DNA of 64,000 nt, taken from Cetorhinus maximus. Its lineage: Eukaryota. Under the pieces are notes generated by a model. That model worked only from the letters and a program-made list of their open reading frames with translations. It had not been told where the DNA came from and made no database searches. The stretch lies in contig NC_135897.1 in NCBI RefSeq assembly GCF_964194155.1, positions 80,538,001 through 80,602,000 of the forward strand. The letters run 5' to 3'. This document shows positions 25,385 through 38,204 of this stretch, one piece after another. Both the position numbers and the translations under genes were made by a program. How positions within the stretch are numbered: the first letter of the stretch is position 1; each line of letters begins with the position of its first letter.

Positions 25385-25680
25385 GCTCCCCTTATTGCTC
25401 AGCTATTTTATTCAGTGGGTAAAGGAATCATGCACACATGGAAGATCCCAGGTTATCATTTAGGTGATTAAATAAAACTGTAAATCGAGGCACTACCATT
25501 GGCATCAGCATCTCTTAATGAAGGAGAGGAAAATTGGCTGGAATCCCCACTCTTGATCACTGCTGAGTAATGTCTGTTGGAATTGCAAATCTGTGGGCAC
25601 TGGGTGAGAACAGGATTGGGTTCAGCCTTGATGGTCCACAGCTGAAGACAAGCCAAGACGTCACTGTCAAGACTCTTAAG
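25385..25680 (+). mobile_element. Ancient SINE-like interspersed repeat
   Basis: GGAGAGGAAAATTGGC..CTTGATCACTG..GGGTGAGAACAGGATTGGGTTCAGC; a diverged reverse copy lies at ~34780-34930. Family not named. Confidence 0.45.
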
Positions 25681-26469
25681 ATTTGTTTGTTAACAATGAC
25701 TATTTGGATACAATACTGGGAGACAACTGATACCCAAGTAACTAGGCCTAGTGAGATTTCAACTGAGGGGAAGGGATGGGTAAAGTCAGCAAGCGGTAAT
25801 AATACTGAGCATTATTCCCTTAACAAGTTTTTGCATTTTCACTGGGAATATCTTCCAATAATCTAAAATAATTTCACGCTGTTCTCAAATTGGGTATGTG
25901 TATCAGTTAACAAACATTTCTTTCTCATGTAACATTCACTGCCCTGCACCATTTTACAGGTTCTTCTCATAGGAAAATGATGCTCTACTACGTGCAAAGT
26001 TACATGTCAATAGAAGCAGTGAAAATGTGAGCCCTTGTTAAAAACAATTTTCAAGGTTGGAAAGCCTGTGCATTTTTAGTAGCTGTCACTGTTTCTTTGA
26101 GGATTCTCTTGTGTTTCAAAACTACTGGTCAGGGTCAGGTGGGAGAAAATATTTCAGCTTAAATTTTCTTGACTGCATGGTGGTAGCAAGGAATCTCACC
26201 CATCACCAATGCTTTTTGGGAGATGATGGGCAACATCCATGCAATTTTGCAAAATGCACTGACAGCAGCCAAGGCTTCCTGCCATCAGGTGCATTTGAAA
26301 ATTGACCCTTTTGGTGCATAAACCCATCTAAAATCTTAGTGACATCATGGTGTAGGTTTTCTGACTGTAACACTGATTGCAAAACATTTATAACAAATGG
26401 ATTATCACTGATGTGACTTAAAACTTAAGCCCATGATATGGGAAAGCTGCCTATCAGTTCTTTGTTCTC

Positions 26470-27170
26470 GAGCATCCCTAAATTTAATTGATCCAACATT
26501 GACAGCTGTGCCTTCAGCTGCTGAGGGCCTAAAGTTCTGGAATTCCCTCCTTAAACTTCTCTGCTTCTCTACTTCTGTTTTGTCCTTTTAGATATTTCTT
26601 AAACCCTACCTCCTTGACAAAGCTTTAATATCTCCTTATGTGACAGTGTTAAATTCTGTTTGATAATGCTCCTATGAAACAACTTTACTATGTTTACTAT
26701 GGCAAAGGTTCCATATAAGTAAATCTTGTTGTTGCTCACCCAAACTCTGCTCCCCATATCCTCATTCACATTAAGTCCCATTCACACACTATCCCAGTAC
26801 TTGCTGACCTATATTGGATCCTGGCCTGGTAACACTTCAGATTCCCTTCATGACTTTCCCGCTCTTTATCTCTGTAATCTCCTCCAGCTCCAAAACTGTA
26901 TGAGATGTCCGCATACCTCCACTTCTGCCATCTTGCATGTCCCTGGTCATGCTTTCAGCTGCCCAAGCCCAAAGCTCTGGAATTCCCTTCAAAAAACTCT
27001 CTATCACTCTACCTCTCTTTCCTTCTCCTTTAGGATGCTTTTTAAAACCTATTTCCTCGAACATGCTTTTCATCTGTTGATATCACCTCCTTTGGCTCAG
27101 TGTCAAATTTTAATTGATAACACATTTGTGAGGCAACTTGGATATTTAATGCAAGTTGTGTTACAATAAT
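26470..27170 (+). mobile_element. Two L2-like LINE 3' fragments
   Basis: AFSCPSPKLWNSL..LFKTYFLEHAF and a decayed PITPVLADLHW-like stretch, typical of L2 ORF2 ends. Confidence 0.65.
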
Positions 27171-27408
27171 GAGATTTATAAGGTTATTACGTTTTGCACT
27201 GTATGATTAAATTTAGGGTAAATGAAAGGGGTCATGTGGCCTGTTCAGAAGTCTCCCTGACAGTAAGCCTGGGTAGTTTGATTGTTAGAAGTCAAATGAA
27301 GGTTTGGATCATTTTACTGGGAAGAAGGTGCAAGCTTTTTACTTGCTTTACTTACAAGCTTGGAGACAAATGACAGGAGTTTCTGAGTTTATTATGCATA
27401 AACTCTGA

Positions 27409-28356
27409 GGGCTGAATTTTACAGGGTGTATTGCTTCCACGCCTCACCCACCACCCGCCTCACCCCCCCACACCCCCCACCCCACTCCACCCCACCCCCC
27501 CAAACCCCCCAACCCCCCAAACCTCCCCCAGACCCCCACACACCCCCATACCCCCCCACCCCCCAAACCACCCACCCCCCCACCCCCCCACCCCTCCCCT
27601 CCCCACACCACCCCCCCATGCCCTCCCAAACCCCACCCCCCCACCACAGCAGAAAAGTCGGTTATGAGCTGATTGACTTAAAAACAAGCTGCCCCGCAAT
27701 GCTATTATGCTGGGGCAGCCTTAATGAGATAATTGTGGGACTTGCATCCCTCAGGGAAGGGAAGTTCTGGCATCTGATTGGCCAGCAGCCAAGTAGTCCA
27801 GCAGCGCCAGAACTCAGCACTGGCTGCTGGTGGGACTACAAGCAGTCCCGAGGGGAAGATCCATGGCGACCAGACCTAGAGGTAAGTTTGGGTTTATTGG
27901 TCGGGGAGAGATCGTGGACCATAGGAAGGCGGGGACGGTTGTAAGGGGTTGAGTTTTGGAGGTCAGCGGGAGTCACAATGGGGGATAACATCTTGGAAGA
28001 GTGGTGCCCTGGTGCTCCTTATGGGCACAGGACACATCCCAAAGGAGATACCCACTTCCTTCCCACCTTTCCATCTGAGATGGTGAAATAGCGGATTGGC
28101 CTCCTTTGCTCTGCCTTCCACAGCCACGTGTTTTATTGTGGTGTGTGTGGAAACAGACCCTTAATTGGCTATTAATTGACCCGTAAAGGGCTTCAATAGG
28201 CCTAAGGATGGGCAGGCTAGCTGATACCTTACCTGCTCACCCTATAATGGGGGACAGCTCAGGGATGGGCGGGAAGGCAATGGGCTAGCCACCCTTCCTA
28301 TTTTACATGCTCCCCCACCTGCAAATACGTCAGCCAAAGGACATAAAATCCCCCCC
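27409..28356 (+). mobile_element. Harbinger-type MITE with C-rich tract (27444-27645)
   Basis: Ends GGGCTGAATTTTA / TAAAATCCCCCC; CTGATTGGCCAGCAGC motif shared with other MITEs here. Confidence 0.7.
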
Positions 28357-28383
28357 TCCGATTCTCCCAAAGTCCCGGAAAGG

Positions 28384-29119
28384 TGTTGAAGATACCAGGC
28401 TGTAAATAATTGTGCTAAATATTGTCCATTTATCTTTAAGGTTAAAGAGAGTTGGTCTCTCAAGGGTTAACATTTATTAATTAACATTTCTACCTAGATA
28501 CAAGGTTAATGTGTTTCACATTTCACATTGGAAGAGGAAACCATTTTTGAGATCAGGTTACAGGCTTCCGTGCAAATCAATAAATTTCAGACAAACAGCA
28601 GTTCTGTGTGATCAGTAGAGAGAAGTTTTAGGCATTGCGAGCTATTACAGTTGGATGCAGGGGGGAGATGGTCTCTAGTCAAAGAGACACATCCAGCTGC
28701 CAGCTAAGGATTCTGGGGAAGAAGAATCACCAGAACGGTCTTTACTATTGGTGGTGGATTTAAGAAACTCTCTGGAAACAAAGAAAATGCCTGGAGACGA
28801 TCACTTGAAGTTACTACAGGCTGAAATGGGTATACAGGAACCCCGTGGAAGCTGGGAGCAACTGTGGACTGTTTGCTATAAGAACTGTAATTTGGTGGGA
28901 GTGCTACCCTCTGCATCACATAAAAAGGGAATGTTCCTCTCTGTAATTTAAAATATAAGTTGCCTACTAAAAGAAAATAGTGTTTAGTTATAGTGCTTTT
29001 AGTCATTTTGTTACAGTAAATATTTTTAAAAATGCAACCTTGTCATGTCATTCTTCCAGCTAACAGCTGGAAGTTTGAAGTTTTTTTTAAAGTTATAGGT
29101 CTCTACGGAGATTGGGACA
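28384..29119 (+). mobile_element. Possible solo LTR
   Basis: TGTTGAAG...GGGACA ends and LTR-like composition; no TSD found. Confidence 0.35.
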
Positions 29120-30069
29120 GTTGTTGCTGTTGATGTATAATGTTATTTGAGAAGGTATTCAAAACATCACAAAAGAAATTATTCTAAACAAAGTTTCTGC
29201 TGTTGGTGGGGAGTGGGGGTGGGGAGGGTATGCATTTCCACGGGGCTTCTCCACTCAGCTGTCATACTGAAAACATACGTAAAAGGTGTTTCTGCTTAAC
29301 TTTTGGCAAAGTTACAGCAGTAGAACAGGAGAAGCCTCGAGGGAAATTCATGCCTGGGACTACTATTCTCCAGCAGGCTGAAGAAAAATAAATCACAGTA
29401 ACTAACAGTGTCAGTGTGTAGATATTTCCCTTTATAATATTTTAGAATCATGTGGCAATTCCATAGAATCCTTTGCTTCTTAAAGAATAATTTGCAAGCT
29501 ATGTTTTCAAACATTCAGCTCTAAGCCGATTTCTTGAATAGCTTGCACTACTGTTGGTGGTGCTACCACTGCAGTATGTTGTTAGAAGTCCAATGAAATA
29601 CAGAATTGTCTTCTGAACTGAAATAAGTTACCATTTGGTAAGAGGCATTCAAACCTTAAGTATTAGAGACATGTTGAAAAACTTGGCTTAGATAAGAACT
29701 ACTTTCAAATAATACTGGCTGCCGAGAGCTGTCGATATTGTTTTATTAGGGATTTTGTTCTTTTTTCCCTGACCAGTTTTTAAAGCATTATTAAATATGC
29801 CATCAGTGTATCAATTTGCAGTTTATCACCGGTTAACTGTCAGTTTTTTCAATTGTATACATTCTTTAATGTTGCTGTGACCTTATTTATGTGAAGAGAG
29901 CTGCAGAAAGCCAACAGATACACTTCTTTCAAGACACACTCCCCAAAATTGCTTGACCAGATTTTTTTTTGTGCGGGAATTATTGAACAATTGATTTGGA
30001 GTGCTGAGATATTTTTGAGATTTTTGTGGTTTCTTTCCCTCTATTTTCTCCATCTGTAGTCTCACTGCA

Positions 30070-30140
30070 GAGGTCTTGTGGTGCAGTGGGTAGCATCCCT
30101 GCCTCTGTGCCAGAAGCTCTGGGTTCATGTCTCACTCCAT
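30070..30140 (+). mobile_element. tRNA-derived SINE head
   Basis: A box TGGTGCAGTGGG, B box GGTTCATGTCT; no clean cloverleaf. Confidence 0.6.
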
Positions 30141-30279
30141 AACCTGGTTGAACAGGTTGAGTATCCACTTATAAATCTTTCCAACATAGACCAATGGAAG
30201 ATAGTAAGAGTGGGAAAGATTCCTGGTCAGCCATGTGATGGAAAGAAAGGGGGCCTCTACCATCACTATCCATAGCTCC

Positions 30280-30712
30280 AGGCGACAACATGCAATTAAA
30301 GCCCATTTAAGGGCCTCATCCTGCTGCAGCGGCATTTAACCATTAACAAGAAAGACCCATGCCAAGCAGGCAAGGTCTCCCTGCCTAGGCTGGCAGTGAG
30401 CAGTGGTCCCTCCCTTAACTGACTCTTTGGGTTCATGGGGGAATCCCCCCCAAGCTGTAATCTCAGCCCCCACCCCCCTTGCCAACCCCCAACCACCTAC
30501 AAAGGACTGATCCATTTCCTCATCACCTAAGTGCAGACACTGTTTCCGCTGGCGCTACCAGTACATCGAGAGCTGTCGCCCTCTGATTGGCCAGCAGCAT
30601 TCTGAGGCAGGACTTCCAATTGGCTGTTAAATGACTGCAGGGCAGCTGTTCTTTCTCTTTGTGGGCTCCCCCTCCCTGACCTTTAAGCCCAGTGCCCTGT
30701 ATAATTCTGCCC
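30280..30712 (+). mobile_element. Harbinger-type MITE, right part
   Basis: Ends ATAATTCTGCCC; CTCTGATTGGCCAGCAGC and AGGCAGGACTTCC motifs shared with the MITEs at 34011 and 42192. Confidence 0.6.
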
Positions 30713-30842
30713 CATGTTCTCTGTGTGGCTCCTGGTGTGCTGCAAGTGCACTACTGGTGTTGATTTTCAAAATCAGTTTGAAAGGAAAAGTGAGATTACA
30801 TAAACTATTACAATTTGCCATCAGTGTTACAGCTGAACGCAG

Positions 30843-33100
30843 TGACACTGCAAAAGCCAGGGGCCCTGACAATATCTTGTCTGTAATACTCAAGATCTGT
30901 GCTCTGGGAGTAGCCATACTCCTAACTAAGCTGTTCTAGCACAGATGCAATATGACATCAACCAGTGAACGCAGAAAATTGTCCAAGTATGTTCTGTCCG
31001 TAAAAAGCTGGTAAAATCCAAACTGGCCAAATATTATCCAATCAGCAGACTCTATCATAAGATGAGAAGTGAGGCTATTTGCTGATGATTTCAGTGTTCA
31101 ACTCCATTCAGGCAATACCATCTCAAACAAGAGCAAGCATAACAACCTCCTTATGACATTCATTAATGTTACCATCATCAAAACCCCCATCATCTGTATA
31201 CTTTGGGCTGCCATTGACTAGAAACACAACTGGACCAGCCACATAAATCCAATTGCTACTAGAGCAGTCCAGAGAATGGTTATACTGCACCAGGTGGCTT
31301 ACCTCCTGGCTGTCCAAAGCTTCTCCACCACCTATGAGACACAAGTCAGGAGTGTGATGGAATACTCGTCACTTGCCTGAACAGACAACAGCACTCAAAA
31401 AATTTAACGCCATCAAGGACAAAGTGATCCACTTGATAAGGTAACCCATCCATGATATAGAATATTCATTGACTTCACCACTTGCACACAATAGGTGGAA
31501 TATAGAATCATAAAATGGTTACAGTGCAGGAGGAGGTCATTGAGCCATGCCAGCTTTCTGCAAGAGCAATTTCTCTGGCATTTTTACTGTGGCCCTGCAA
31601 AAGTTTTCCCTTCAGACGTTTGTCCAATTCCCCTTTCAAAGCATCAATTAAATCTGCATCCACCATGTTCAGGCAGTGCATTCCAGATCATAACCACTTA
31701 CTGCATAAAAATGTTTTTCTTCATGTTGCCTTTGTCTCTTTTACCAATCACTTTTAATCTCTGGTCCTTGATCCATTCGCCAATGGGAACTGTTTACCTC
31801 CATTTTGTCTAGCCCCATTATGGTTTGAAAGACTTCTATCAAATCTCCTCCCAATATTCTCTTCTCTAAAGCGGACAACCCTAGCTTCTCCAATCTATCC
31901 ATGTATCTGAGGTCCCCAGTCCCTGGGATTATTCGCATAAACCTTTCCTGCAAACTTTTTAAAGCATTCACATGGCCCAGAACAGTGCACAAATCTGCAC
32001 ATTACCTTGATATTGATGCACATAACAAAATTCATTCCGCACTTAGATGGAAAAAAATTGAAGAAATGTTTGTACTAACCCCTGGGGAACACCACTATTT
32101 ACCTTCCTCCAGTTTGAAAAACAACCATTCACCACTACTCTCTGTTTCCTGTCACACAGCCAACTTCATATCCATGCTGCCAACATCCCTTTTATTCCAT
32201 GGGTTTCAAGTTTGCTGGCAAACCTATTCTGTGGCACTTTACCATTCGCCTTTTGGAAGTCCATATACACCACATCAACTGCATTAACTTCATGAACCCT
32301 CTCATTACCTCATCCTAAAACTCAATCAAGTTAGTTAAACATGACATGACACGAACAAATCCATGCTGCTTTGCTTAATTAATCCACACTTGTCCAAGGG
32401 ACTGTTAATAATGCCCAGGAATATTGTTTTTAAAAGCTTTCCTTACTGGTTAAACTTACTGGCTTATAGCTGGGTTTATCCTTACATGCCTTTTTGAACA
32501 TGGGTGTAACGTTTGCAACTCTCCAGTCCCCTGGCACCATCACCCCCCTGTATCTGGTCCTGGTGACGTATCGACTTGTAAGTACAGCCAGCCTTGCTAG
32601 TACCTAATTTTTGTGAATTTTTAGCCCATTTCAACAACTCTTCTTTCACTACAATGTTAGCAACATCTTCTTCATTGGTAAAGACAGTTGCAAAGTACTC
32701 ATTTTGTACCTCAGTTATGCCCTCTGCATCCATACGTACGATTCCAATGTTACCCGTAATTGGTCTAATTCTTCCTATTACTACTGTTTTACTATTTATT
32801 GACTTAGGCTAGTTACAACTTATTAAAATACTTTTGGATTCCATTTTAGGTTAGCTGCAGGATGCATTTACAAGGACAGCAGATGCATGGGAATTCCATT
32901 GCCTCCACATCATCCTGGCTTGGACACATTTGCTGTTCTTTCATTGTCAGTGGGTTAAAATCCTGGAACTCCCTACCGAATGGTATCATGGGACTGGAGC
33001 AGTGTAGCAAGAAAGCTCACCATTACTTTCTCAAGGGCCACTAGGGATGTGCAATAAATGTTGGCTTTGCCAGTGACAGCTACATCCCGAAGAATGATGA
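30843..33100 (+). mobile_element. Second LINE family (CR1/L2 group), deleted, with a CR1 nested at 31500-32857 (-)
   Basis: DTAKARGPDNILSVILKICA..LLTKLF, LFADD; 3' end resumes at 32860 (KSWNSLPN..KKAHHYFLKGH). Nested CR1: LQERFMRIIPG..DRLEKLGL, NEYFATVFTNE. Confidence 0.8.
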
Positions 33101-34010
33101 TTAAAACATAATAAATAATTAAATACCATAAATATGCTAGACTTTAAAAAGTAATTTATGATGCACATTTAGCTGGTTAACATTTCTAAGTGCCACTGAA
33201 GTGTTTTGTTACTCTGAAAATAAATTGTAGCAGCACTCAATAAAGTTTTTAAGTTATCAGTGTTGCAAAAATACGCCATTTAACCAATGTTCAAAATGTA
33301 TCTGCATATTTGACACCCTTAAGCTTGGCATCCAGCATTTATTCATGCTCTGTGTAGACGGTACCTGGTTCACAACACAGTTCCAAAGAAAAGATTCTTG
33401 AGAATTGCTCCATAGCCTGTTTTACTTATCAGAGAGAAACAACAAAGAAGATAGAATATTTCTCCTGCCATCAGCAGTAAATGAGAATAAAAATAAGAAC
33501 AGAAATAAAGCTAAATAAACTGAAAACATAGCAATGATGCCCAGCACACTTTTATGAGATTTTATTTCAAGATGTGAATATCTTGATCGGTCTTATGATC
33601 TGAATATGAGAAAATAGTGGGTCTATGAGAATTTTTATTACAATTTTCTCCCACTATTGTTTTGTAGGCATAAGGATAGAAAAATACCTTGGGTGGCACT
33701 GTAAGGTAAGTGGATTTGCATGGGCCAGCTCTTTTATTCCTGCCTGATATTGAGTTCTAGTGAAGCCAATTAAAGTGAATGTCAGGCATGTTGTAGAAGG
33801 GTCGGTCAGTACAAACCACCCTTCTTGAAAAACTGCCCAACAAGTTTCTGTCCCACAAACCTAAGGAATATATACCCATAGGTATTTGGTGTCCATTTAT
33901 GCTGCACTTGAGTAGATGATCTTGATAGAGCAAATTCAGTGTAGCTGAACTTCCAGATTGGAATTTCACTAAATTGGAGTCGCAAATTCAGCTTAGAGCT
34001 AAAACACCAT

Positions 34011-34712
34011 AAGCTGGATTTTACACTCCCCCTGGCGGGTTTAAAGGCAGGGGTCATGTAAAATCCTCAGGTGGCCTTTCCTCTGCCTTCCCACTCTTCC
34101 CCGATTGAATGCAGGGAGGCGTTGGGCTGCCCACCCACCCTTGGGCCTATTGAAGTTCCTAAATGGTCAACTGATGGCCATTTAAGGGCCCCATCCCGCC
34201 ACTGCTGGCAATTTACCCACAGCAAGGGGAGGCTCATGCCATGCGGGAAGCCTGGCGGCTTTAGCTGTTTAGCTGAGTGGGCTGTTGTCAGCCAAAAAGT
34301 GGGGGGACCTCATTTGTGGGTCCTCTGGGCCCATCAGAGGCACCCACCCCACAAGATCAACAGCCCCCTTTAACCCTCCCCTTGGCCTCTTGAACCCAGC
34401 CCTTCCCCACTCTCCTCAGCGAGATGCCCGACCCCACATTTACTGGGCTCCGCTGTATGGTGGGACTGCCTGTAGTTGCAGTAGTGACCTCTGCTTCTGG
34501 CTGGCCACCATCCAATTGACCAGCAGCTCTCTTAGGCAGGACTTCTGAGAAAGGGGTCGAATTAAGCTCCGTCTTAAAGCAATTGACGTTGCCCCCCAGC
34601 ATTAAGTTGCTGCAGGGCAGTTGTCAGGATCTTGGGCAGGCTCCCATTGCTCCCCGGCTATTTTGCCAGTGGGAGGTGGGGGTATGGAGTGGAACCATGG
34701 CACCCCATGGTC
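34011..34712 (+). mobile_element. Harbinger-type MITE
   Basis: Starts AAGCTGGATTTTAC; internal motifs shared with the MITEs at 30280, 42192 and 46080. Confidence 0.65.
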
Positions 34713-34944
34713 CCAATCTCTGACACTGAGGCTGCACTTCATTAGTGCAGGATTTCTGAGTTTGTCCTCACATGTACAGAGTCAGTGTCAGCAGTCTGTT
34801 CAGATATAGGGAACATCATAGCTGAAAAATAATCCTGTTTTCACATAAGCCCTCCGTTCAACAGGGTTCACTGCATCGTGATGAGGAGATTTTTCCCACC
34901 TTAGCTGAAGGGCACTGGAACTAATTGTAAAAGGACTGGCCTGT

Positions 34945-35197
34945 ATTCATATAATGTCTTTCACAGGATATCCCAAACCACTTTACAACCAACAGATCAC
35001 TTTTCAAATGTAATCACTGTTATGGAGGCAAATACGTCAGGCAATATTTACACAGTAAATTTCACAGACAGCAAGTGAGTGGGTAACCAGATAACCTGTT
35101 TTTGTAAGCCTTTGTTAAAGCAAAATGTTCAGCAAGACATCAGGAGAGCTCCCTTTTCTACATGAAATACTTTAACAGATCTTTTATGTCCACCCAC
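34945..35197 (-). mobile_element. Deu-domain SINE 3' half
   Basis: GATCTTTTATGTCCAC (reverse of GTGGACATAAAAGATC) and the tail shared with the copies at 54140 and 59885. Confidence 0.65.
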
Positions 35198-35415
35198 AGA
35201 TGCACTGCAGGAACTCACCAAGTCTCCTTCGACAGCACCTTCCAAACCCACGACCAGTACCATCTAGAAGGACAGGGAAAGCAGATGCATGGGAACACCA
35301 TCACCTGCAAGTTCCACTCCAAGCCATTCACCCTCCTGACTTGGAAATATATTACCGGTCCTTCACTGTCACTGGGTCAAAATCCTGGAATTCCCCTCCC
35401 TGACAGCACTATGGG
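35198..35415 (+). mobile_element. 3' fragment of the second LINE family
   Basis: MHCRNSPSLLRQHLPNPRP..RSFTVTGSKSWNS, the same as at 44097-44655 and 56400-57085. Confidence 0.85.
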
Positions 35416-35666
35416 TGAGCAAAGCTTGAAACTTGTGTAAGGTTTTGAGTTCGAGAGCCACAGCTACCTAAAATAGGCAGTCAAGTATTTTCAGGTTTTT
35501 AGTCAAGTTTATTAAGAAGTAACAGTTTAGGTAATGATGCATTAGCTGAATAGACAAGAAAAGTATATGACCAGTGACAGTGGAGAATAGTTTACCGATG
35601 CCAAAGGGCAAACAAATGAACGCGGCCGATTCCTGCAACATCAATTGACAGTGTCAGTCTTTCTCA

Positions 35667-35794
35667 GGCCAGGATTTTCCGGCCCTGCCGTTGTGGGACT
35701 CGGCGCGGGAGATTCGGCGGCCTAGCCAAAAGTCCATTTACTTTTGGCGGGACAGGACAATCCCGGCGGTGGGCAGGTCTGGAAAATCCCACCC
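35667..35794. mobile_element. Short palindromic MITE (~128 bp)
   Basis: GGCCAGGATTTTCC...GGAAAATCCCACCC with internal symmetry GCCAAAAGT/ACTTTTGGC. Confidence 0.75.
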
Positions 35795-36497
35795 TCAATC
35801 TTTCATTGTTTTCCAATGGCAGGCTTCTTCTTTCTTTATTCTTTTCCTCCTCAAGCTGGCTGGGATATCAGGGAGCTCTTTGTCTTCTTCTAAGCCAGGG
35901 CTGTTCCCTTACCCTGTGCGCACTCATTGATATACCCTATTTCCGGGGACTGGTACCTTCCTAAGTGTCAATCACCTGTTCAAACCCTTTTGACCCATGA
36001 ATACAGGACAGGTACCCAAGATGTCAGGTTGGTCACCTCTGCCCTGTCATCACTTTGACTCGAGGTCACTTTTTTATTGACCACATGCTGGATGAGGTAA
36101 TGATGTGGATGAGGAGTTGCTAGATAAAAGGGGTATGCGGGGCACCAGAAGGCTTCCTGCTATGGCTCAGGAATGTTTGTAGGATACAGTGACCTCAACG
36201 CGGGGTGCATAATCTTTGTGACCTTTATTTCTACCTTGTTTTGGTCCCTGACTCCTTGGAATTGTTTATATTTTTTTCACAGAGAGAGAGAATGCTGCAC
36301 GAATCAATTCCATGAGAATTCTATACAATTCTAAAAAATAACATTTCTTAAAAGTTAATATTTCTTACAATTACGTGTCGGTTGGCTTCCCATCGTATTC
36401 CCACCTCTGAGCGATTTTTCTACAGGCGGAATCAACACGGCAGCCGCTACCTACCTGACAGCAGCAACTGGGGGCAAGTGGCTGACATTGTCCAGAT

Positions 36498-36815
36498 GTG
36501 CATGCACTAGCAGTCTTTCCCCTTGGAGTATGGTATGACTCGGAGGAAGAACAGAGACCACACAGAGCAGGACAAGTATTTAGAAGGAGGAAGAGGAGGA
36601 TGGGGATAAGAGCCATCAGCAGAAAGCCATATCTATGCAGGCTGTTCAGGGAACAATTCTTCTATCTGAATCTAAGTGAGGAACAGTGCATGTGACTTCT
36701 GTGCTTCAGCAAGGACGTCCTTATTAAAATCTGCCACCTGCTGCAGCCACAACTATTATAGCAGGGTAAGGACTGACTTCCCAGTAGCTATGAAGGTAAC
36801 CTTGGTGATGAACCA
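36498..36815 (+). pseudogene. Harbinger transposase 5' fragment
   Basis: RKPYLCRLFREQFFYLNLSEEQCM*..KICHLLQPQL..FPVAMKVTLVMN parallels the N-termini at 15-250 and 49990-50190. Confidence 0.75.
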
Positions 36816-36829
36816 TGGGATCATTATCC

Positions 36830-37240
36830 ACCATGGTGCTGTGAATTTGGCACTGACTGTACTCCCCAGAGAAACCATTGTCCTAACTTGTAAATACTCG
36901 TAAATGGTTAGTGAAATGCCCTCTAGCAGCTCAGATGACTCCTGCATGACCTACCTGGTCTTACTTGTCTGTCTGGTTGTCACCCATTCCTTTTCACCTA
37001 CAAAATCTTTAGCTGCAGGCTGACCAACTCCTAAAATGTGCTTTCCATCTAACTCTCAGCTTCATAGATGCACTGCAGTGATGCCAGCTGCTGAAGCTCT
37101 GAAACCCAGAGCTCGAGCTCCTTCACCTGGGAAGACCTCCTGTAAATGTGTTTGCCCAGGACATGAAAAGCATCCTGGAGTTCTCACATGGCGGAGGGTA
37201 TGTATTTGACAGGACTGAGATGCACTGCCATGCCTCTATT
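36830..37240 (-). mobile_element. CR1 ORF1 5' fragment
   Basis: Aligns by eye to 11700-12100 (GGTTGTCACCCATTCC, CTCTGAAACCCAGAGC, CTGCCATG). Confidence 0.7.
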
Positions 37241-38204
37241 CATTAGACTATTATCTAAAACTTACTAGAAATAAACTTAAGACTTATCCCTCATCTGTAA
37301 AAAAACACTCACCAGCTACTTACCAATTAGGTCCTTCCCTTATGCCAGTGTGATTTTAGGTGTTCTTACCTCTCCCCTGACACTTGCACTCCTTCACCAC
37401 TGAGCTTTCTGATTCTTGAATTAATTAATCCAATACTAAGGGCCATTACTTCCGATGGAGTGACAATTGAGTTGGATTGCCAATCCGCATGTAATTACTT
37501 ATATAGAAATCCAGGCAATCCTACCTTGCCCGAATTTCCAACTCAGGTGCAGGATTTGGCGGTTGTCGACAGCCAGGCCTGGGGGGTTGAGGGTCAGGAA
37601 TCGGATGTTGGGCATGGTGGAGGGGCAGTTGGGAGTCGGGCATGTTGGGGGGCGGGGTGGGGGCGGGGGGAGAGTTGGGAGTTGAGCTGGTGGGGGGGAA
37701 TTGGGTGTCAGGAGTCGGGCCAGTGGGGGTTGGGGTGGAGTTAGGGGTTCGGGCTGAGAAGAGGGGTCAGAAGACAGGCATTTGGGGGGGTTTCTGGTGT
37801 CGGGAGTCAGGCATGGGAGGTAGTCAGGAGGCGGGCCTGGAGTGGGATAGTTGTAGGGGAGTAAATCAGGCCGGTGGGGTGGGGAAATCAGGCCTGGGGG
37901 TGGGTATTAGGGTCCTGGGGGGGTGGTGTGGAGGGAGTTGGGAGTGGGGCCTGGGGGCAGGGGAAGTCGGGACTCAGGCCTGGGTAGTGGGTAGTAGGGC
38001 CTTGGGGCAGGGGGAGTCAGGAGTTGGGCCTGGGCGGTTCGGTAGTCTGGAACTGAGCCTGAGGGTGGGGGAGTTGAGGGTCTGGCCTGGGGGTTGGCGG
38101 GTAGTCGGGAGATATGGGGGTTGTGGGGAGTCCTGTGAGGGGTCAGGGGGTTAGTCCAGATGGTGGTTGGGGGCGCTGGGAGGAGTCCTGTTGGGGGCTC
38201 CCAC

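Noticed and set aside
27419-27944. Pro-rich/Gly-rich ORFs (also 37642-38154, 39988-40371, 61749-62916)
   Set aside because: Low-complexity C/G tracts inside MITEs give stop-free frames in several phases.
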